Origin: Bacillus subtilis subsp. subtilis str. 168
Lineage (GTDB): Bacteria > Bacillota > Bacilli > Bacillales > Bacillaceae
Assembly: GCF_000009045.1 (NCBI RefSeq)
Contig: NC_000964.3
Span: forward strand, 3,660,001-3,692,000
Direction of reading: 5' to 3'
Length of the DNA: 32,000 nt
This document shows, piece by piece, positions 27,597-32,000 of this stretch. Both the position numbers and the translations under genes were made by a program. The notes under the pieces are model-generated. The model was not told where the DNA came from and did not search any database. It saw only the letters and a list, made by a program, of their open reading frames with translations. Position 1 is the first letter of the stretch. Every line of letters starts with the position of its first letter.

Positions 27597-28547
27597 TTAA
27601 ATATGAGACACGATAAGGGTACAAGTTCCTTTTATCGTAAAATCGGGCATTTGAGCCGGCAAAATAAAGTGATCACCTTTTTTGAGCGGACATGTTTTGT
27701 CCTCATACTTGAGCAAACCGCTTCCTTCTATCACGCTGCAAATCAGAAAGGATTCATCCTGAGCCATTTCAGCTTCGCCATTGATGTCCCATTTATAAAC
27801 CGAAAAATATTCCCCTTGGACAAATGTTTTAATGGTTATTCCTTTTCTTGATTCTGTCGATTCATCTATATACCCGTCCACATGGGGAACCGTGGCGGCA
27901 TTGACCGCTTTGGCAAAATGAAGCTCTCTCGGACTTCCGTTGCTATCAAGACGGTCATAATCGTACACCCGGTATGTGGCATCTGAATTTTGCTGAGTCT
28001 CTAAAACAAGGGCCCCCTTGCACAATGCGTGCAGCGTTCCGCTCGGCACATAATAGAAATCACCCGGTTTAATTTTGATTCTTCGCAGCAGGCCCTCCCA
28101 GTCACCGCTGTTGATCATTGTGACAAGTTCGGTTTTTGAGCGGGCCGTATGCCCGTAAATGATTTCTGCGTTTTCCTTACAGTCGATAATGTACCAGCAT
28201 TCCGTCTTGCCGAGTTCTCCCTCTTCGTTTTCTCCGGCATAGTAATCATCAGGGTGAACTTTAATTGACGTATCTTCCTTCACATCCAGCAGCTTTGTCA
28301 GAAGCGGAAACCGATCCCCCTCTACGCCGCCGAATACTTCACGGTGCTCTTCCCAAAGCTCGATCAATGTCTTTCCTTTATACGGGCCATTTGCAACAGT
28401 GCTCGGTCCTTTTGGATGAGCGGAAATGGCCCAGCATTCCCCCGTTGATTCTGAAGGAATACTGTATCCAAATCTATCTCGTAAAGCGGTTCCGCCCCAG
28501 ATTTTTTCTTTAAACACAGGCGTTAGAAAAATCGGTGATTGCGTCAT
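27597..28547 (-). CDS. pmi: Mannose-6-phosphate isomerase, class I (cupin type)
   Basis: 316 aa. The N-terminus is FKEKIWGG, with ECWAISAHPKG, SIKVHPDD and GTLHA metal/cupin motifs typical of Bacillus ManA/Pmi. Confidence 0.9.
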   Translation of the reverse strand: MTQSPIFLTPVFKEKIWGGTALRDRFGYSIPSESTGECWAISAHPKGPSTVANGPYKGKTLIELWEEHREVFGGVEGDRFPLLTKLLDVKEDTSIKVHPDDYYAGENEEGELGKTECWYIIDCKENAEIIYGHTARSKTELVTMINSGDWEGLLRRIKIKPGDFYYVPSGTLHALCKGALVLETQQNSDATYRVYDYDRLDSNGSPRELHFAKAVNAATVPHVDGYIDESTESRKGITIKTFVQGEYFSVYKWDINGEAEMAQDESFLICSVIEGSGLLKYEDKTCPLKKGDHFILPAQMPDFTIKGTCTLIVSHI

Positions 28548-28745
28548 GATCCGTACCCCTCCCCTGTAAATAACTGATCATCATTTTCCCGGTGCGCCCC
28601 TCTTACAAACGCCCGTATAAGCTGCCTTTTTCCTATGACAACATATGTACAAAGCATCATCTTTTCATTACCCCTTCAAAGAAAACGCTTCCTATCTATT
28701 ATATCACGTCGAAAAGAAGCTTTGTTTCAGCCTTTTCCTCGATAA

Positions 28746-28774
28746 GAATAATTCTCCTTTTTTGATACAAATTA
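28746..28774 (+). promoter_or_regulatory. Candidate sigG-type forespore promoter of gerB (GAATA-N17-CAAATTA)
   Basis: Resembles the sigG consensus (G/T)AATA-N17/18-CATA(N)TA. It lies about 38 nt upstream of the gerBA ATG. The gerB operon is known to be sigG-dependent. Confidence 0.35.
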
Positions 28775-28811
28775 ATAAAAACCGTCAATATGTTTAAGAA
28801 GGAGAGAAACT

Positions 28812-30263
28812 ATGCAAATCGACTCTGATCTCCAGAACAATTTAGACACACTGAAAAAAACATTGGGACAAAACGACGATATGATGTTTTATACATTTGC
28901 TTTCGGAGATAGCAGACAAAAGGCGTGTTTACTGTATATTGACGGTCTGACAGAGAATAAAATGCTGGCGCAATACGTCATTTCTCCTTTACAAAAAGAG
29001 GCGTTGGCCCATAAGGAATGCTCGATTGAAGACTTATCCGCCTTTTTTTTCGGCTTTCACCACAGCGTTGTTTCTACAATGAAAGAAATAGAGCAGCTCG
29101 TTTTTTCAGGGCAAGCCATTTTGCTCGCTGATGGCTATCGCGGAGGATTAGCTTTCGACACAAAGTCAGTCGCAACACGCAGTCTTGATGAACCCTCCTC
29201 CGAAGTCGTGGAACGCGGCCCTAAAATAGGATTTATTGAAAAGCTGCGGACAAACACGGCGCTTTTGCGTGAACGGACGAGTGATCCTAATCTCGTCATC
29301 AAAGAAATGACACTCGGAAAAAGGACCAAAAAGAAAATCGCTGTCGCTTATATTCAGGATATCGCCCCAGATTATGTCGTCAAAGAAGTGTTTAAAAGGC
29401 TGAAATCAGTCAATATAGATAATTTGCCGGAATCGGGGACGCTTGAACAGCTGATTGAAGACGAACCATTTTCAATTTTCCCCACAATATTAAGCACAGA
29501 ACGACCGGACCGGGTCGAAAGTTCTCTATTAGAAGGGCGAGTGTCCATATTAGTGGATGGTACGCCGTTTGCTTTGATTGTACCGGCTACGGTTGACGAA
29601 TTTATTCATTCGCCCGATGATTACAGCCAGCGCTGGATCCCAATGTCACTTGTACGCCTTCTTCGTTATTCCAGCATCCTGATCACCATTTATTTGCCCG
29701 GTCTGTATATTTCTCTCGTTTCTTTTCACACCGGGCTATTGCCGACTAGAATGGCCATTTCCATTGCAGGCAGCAGGCTTAACGTACCATTCCCGCCTTT
29801 TGTAGAGGCCTTTATCATGATCTTTACGATCGAATTGATTCGAGAAGCCGGATTAAGGCTGCCTAAGCCGATTGGACAGACAATTGGCCTTATCGGCGGC
29901 GTTGTCATCGGACAGGCAGCTGTTCAGGCGCAAATTGTCAGTGCGCTTATGGTCATTGTCGTTTCTGTCACAGCACTGGCATCCTTTACCGTTCCTTCAT
30001 ACGCCTATAACTTTCCGCTGCGGATCATTCGGATCGGGGTTATGATAAGTGCAACAGCGCTTGGCATGTACGGCGTTATAATGGTTTATCTGTTTGTGAT
30101 CGGCCATCTCATGCGCCTGAAAAGCTTTGGCCAGGATTACATTATCCCGATCATGGCGCAGCCTGGACAGGATTTGAAAGACACAGTCATCCGTATTCCC
30201 ACGATGTTTTTAAAAAGAAGACCGACACGAAACGATCCCGAAGATAACATCAGACAAAGGTGA
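28812..30263 (+). CDS. gerBA: Spore germinant receptor subunit A (GerA family)
   Basis: 483 aa with an AAGGAGAG SD. It has the GerAA-family architecture: a soluble N-domain, then 4-5 TM helices (LPGLYISLVSFH..., IGLIGGVVIGQAAV...). Confidence 0.92.
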   Translation: MQIDSDLQNNLDTLKKTLGQNDDMMFYTFAFGDSRQKACLLYIDGLTENKMLAQYVISPLQKEALAHKECSIEDLSAFFFGFHHSVVSTMKEIEQLVFSGQAILLADGYRGGLAFDTKSVATRSLDEPSSEVVERGPKIGFIEKLRTNTALLRERTSDPNLVIKEMTLGKRTKKKIAVAYIQDIAPDYVVKEVFKRLKSVNIDNLPESGTLEQLIEDEPFSIFPTILSTERPDRVESSLLEGRVSILVDGTPFALIVPATVDEFIHSPDDYSQRWIPMSLVRLLRYSSILITIYLPGLYISLVSFHTGLLPTRMAISIAGSRLNVPFPPFVEAFIMIFTIELIREAGLRLPKPIGQTIGLIGGVVIGQAAVQAQIVSALMVIVVSVTALASFTVPSYAYNFPLRIIRIGVMISATALGMYGVIMVYLFVIGHLMRLKSFGQDYIIPIMAQPGQDLKDTVIRIPTMFLKRRPTRNDPEDNIRQR

Positions 30264-30268
30264 TGGCT

Positions 30269-31375
30269 ATGAGGAAATCAGAGCATAAACTGACATTTAT
30301 GCAGACGCTCATTATGATCAGCAGCACATTGATTGGTGCCGGGGTGCTGACCCTTCCCCGCTCAGCCGCCGAAACCGGCAGTCCGAGCGGATGGCTAATG
30401 ATACTGCTCCAGGGCGTTATTTTTATTATCATCGTTCTGCTTTTTTTGCCTTTTCTTCAAAAAAACAGCGGAAAAACTCTTTTTAAGCTCAACAGCATTG
30501 TAGCTGGAAAATTCATCGGCTTTCTATTGAATTTATATATCTGTCTATATTTCATTGGGATTGTTTGCTTTCAAGCTCGGATTTTGGGAGAGGTTGTCGG
30601 ATTCTTTTTGTTGAAAAATACGCCAATGGCAGTTGTGGTGTTTATATTTCTTGCAGTTGCCATCTATCATGTAGGCGGAGGCGTTTATTCAATTGCAAAA
30701 GTATACGCTTATATTTTTCCTATAACCCTTATTATTTTTATGATGCTTCTGATGTTCAGCTTTCGCTTGTTCCAGCTTGATTTTATCCGGCCGGTATTTG
30801 AAGGAGGCTATCAAAGCTTTTTCTCTTTATTCCCAAAAACATTATTATATTTCTCCGGATTTGAAATCATTTTTTACCTGGTCCCCTTTATGAGAGATCC
30901 AAAGCAAGTGAAAAAGGCTGTTGCTCTGGGCATCGCGACTTCCACATTGTTCTACAGCATTACTTTGCTCATTGTGATTGGCTGTATGACTGTGGCTGAG
31001 GCAAAAACGGTGACATGGCCGACCATTTCCCTTATTCACGCATTAGAGGTTCCGGGTATTTTTATTGAACGATTTGATTTGTTCTTACAGCTGACCTGGA
31101 CAGCCCAGCAATTTGCCTGTATGCTCGGATCCTTTAAAGGCGCCCATATCGGGTTAACGGAAATCTTTCATCTAAAAAATAAAAACAATGCATGGCTGCT
31201 GACTGCAATGCTGGCTGCGACGTTTTTCATAACGATGTATCCCAAGGACTTGAATGACGTGTTTTATTACGGGACGCTTCTTGGATATGCTTTCTTAATT
31301 GTGATTACAATTCCATTCTTCGTCTGGTTTTTAAGCTGGATACAGAAAAAAATAGGGAGGGGGCAGCTGCAATGA
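30269..31375 (+). CDS. gerBB: Spore germinant receptor subunit B (APC-superfamily-like integral membrane protein)
   Basis: Start set at ATG 30269 (AAAGGTGA SD), giving 368 aa. The protein is a 10-TM type. Its stop overlaps the gerBC start (ATGA). Confidence 0.9.
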   Translation: MRKSEHKLTFMQTLIMISSTLIGAGVLTLPRSAAETGSPSGWLMILLQGVIFIIIVLLFLPFLQKNSGKTLFKLNSIVAGKFIGFLLNLYICLYFIGIVCFQARILGEVVGFFLLKNTPMAVVVFIFLAVAIYHVGGGVYSIAKVYAYIFPITLIIFMMLLMFSFRLFQLDFIRPVFEGGYQSFFSLFPKTLLYFSGFEIIFYLVPFMRDPKQVKKAVALGIATSTLFYSITLLIVIGCMTVAEAKTVTWPTISLIHALEVPGIFIERFDLFLQLTWTAQQFACMLGSFKGAHIGLTEIFHLKNKNNAWLLTAMLAATFFITMYPKDLNDVFYYGTLLGYAFLIVITIPFFVWFLSWIQKKIGRGQLQ

Positions 31376-32000
31376 AAACAGCATCAAAATTCTCCGTCAT
31401 GTTTTTTATGCTGCTGGCCCTCTGCGGCTGCTGGGATGTCAAAGATATCGAGCAACTATCCTTCGCCAGAGGGCTGGCGATCGATGAGACAAATGATCAC
31501 CAGTACAAACTGACGTATCAAAATCTTCTTCCCCAAAGCGAAGACAGCCAAGCATCCGGAAAACCCGAATTTGTTAATGTAACGTCCCACGGGAAAACGA
31601 TTCTGGAAGCAGTCAGTGATGTATCCATCAAGGACCCTCCTGTTTATAGCGATCATTTAAAAGTGATCCTTCTGGGAGAAAAACTGATGAGGAATCAAAA
31701 TGTAGACCAAGTCCTCAACCACTTTATCCGGGATGATGAGCTGCGGCGAAGCAGCTATTTGATGGCAGCCAGAGGGAATGCAGCTGATGTTTTCACAAAA
31801 GGAAACCCCAATCAGCAGCAGCCGATGCCCTCCGAAAAACTGATTGATTTGACAACTCACAGCGGATATAACGGTAAGATTATGATACCGCTGCGCATCG
31901 GAAGAGCTTCTGTCTACTCTCAGAACGGGTACAGTTATCTTATTCAAGCCGTGAAAAACGAAAAGGGAAAAGCCAAGTATGACGGAGCAGGCATTATCAA
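31372..32000 (+). CDS. gerBC: Spore germinant receptor subunit C lipoprotein, first 209 codons; the gene runs off the window end
   Basis: I translated it by hand: MKTASKFSVMFFMLLALCGCWDVKDIEQLSFARGLAIDE..., with lipobox LALCGC. The frame is open to the window end. It is absent from the ORF track because no stop lies in the window. Confidence 0.88.
   Translation, partial: MKTASKFSVMFFMLLALCGCWDVKDIEQLSFARGLAIDETNDHQYKLTYQNLLPQSEDSQASGKPEFVNVTSHGKTILEAVSDVSIKDPPVYSDHLKVILLGEKLMRNQNVDQVLNHFIRDDELRRSSYLMAARGNAADVFTKGNPNQQQPMPSEKLIDLTTHSGYNGKIMIPLRIGRASVYSQNGYSYLIQAVKNEKGKAKYDGAGII

Noticed and set aside
31456-31947. Minus-strand ORFs 31456-31656 and 31657-31947.
   Set aside because: They are antisense to the open gerBC frame, which has a lipoprotein signal and a start that overlaps the gerBB stop (ATGA).

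Overview
This window matches the Bacillus subtilis 168-type cell-wall locus (identified from memory of the protein sequences; no search was run). The gene order is lytC' (5' end only), lytB, lytA, then divergent lytR/tagU, mnaA, gtaB, ggaB, ggaA, tagH, tagG, tagF, tagE, tagD, then divergent tagA, tagB, tagC/dinC, then lytD, pmi, gerBA, gerBB and gerBC' (truncated by the window end). All large ORFs are accounted for by autolysins, wall-teichoic-acid (WTA) synthesis and export genes, mannose-6-P isomerase and a germinant receptor operon. I see no CRISPR array, tRNA or rRNA gene, transposase, integrase or recognisable defence or toxin system. The part not explained by ordinary annotation is 5.9-13.6 kb. 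The AT-rich ggaAB (minor teichoic acid) genes sit in a field of teichoic-acid gene relics: a tagH tail, a tagG pseudogene, a tarF/tagB-like pseudogene, a tagD pseudogene with a conserved promoter, and a gtaB pseudogene. These relics are colinear with the intact gtaB-tagHG-tagF..tagD block. The whole cassette is bracketed by a ~680-bp direct repeat at a fixed 7,018-bp offset. The identity pattern is mosaic (about 98%, 92%, then under 75%), and the differences next to the terminator are all synonymous. This looks like a second WTA cassette inserted or duplicated by homologous recombination, followed by reciprocal gene loss. Smaller observations are an intra-operon hairpin between tagD and tagE, a module shared by the TagE C-terminus and TagF N-terminus, and a LexA box embedded in the tagB terminator upstream of tagC. 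All identities are hand counts and all family names are from memory.
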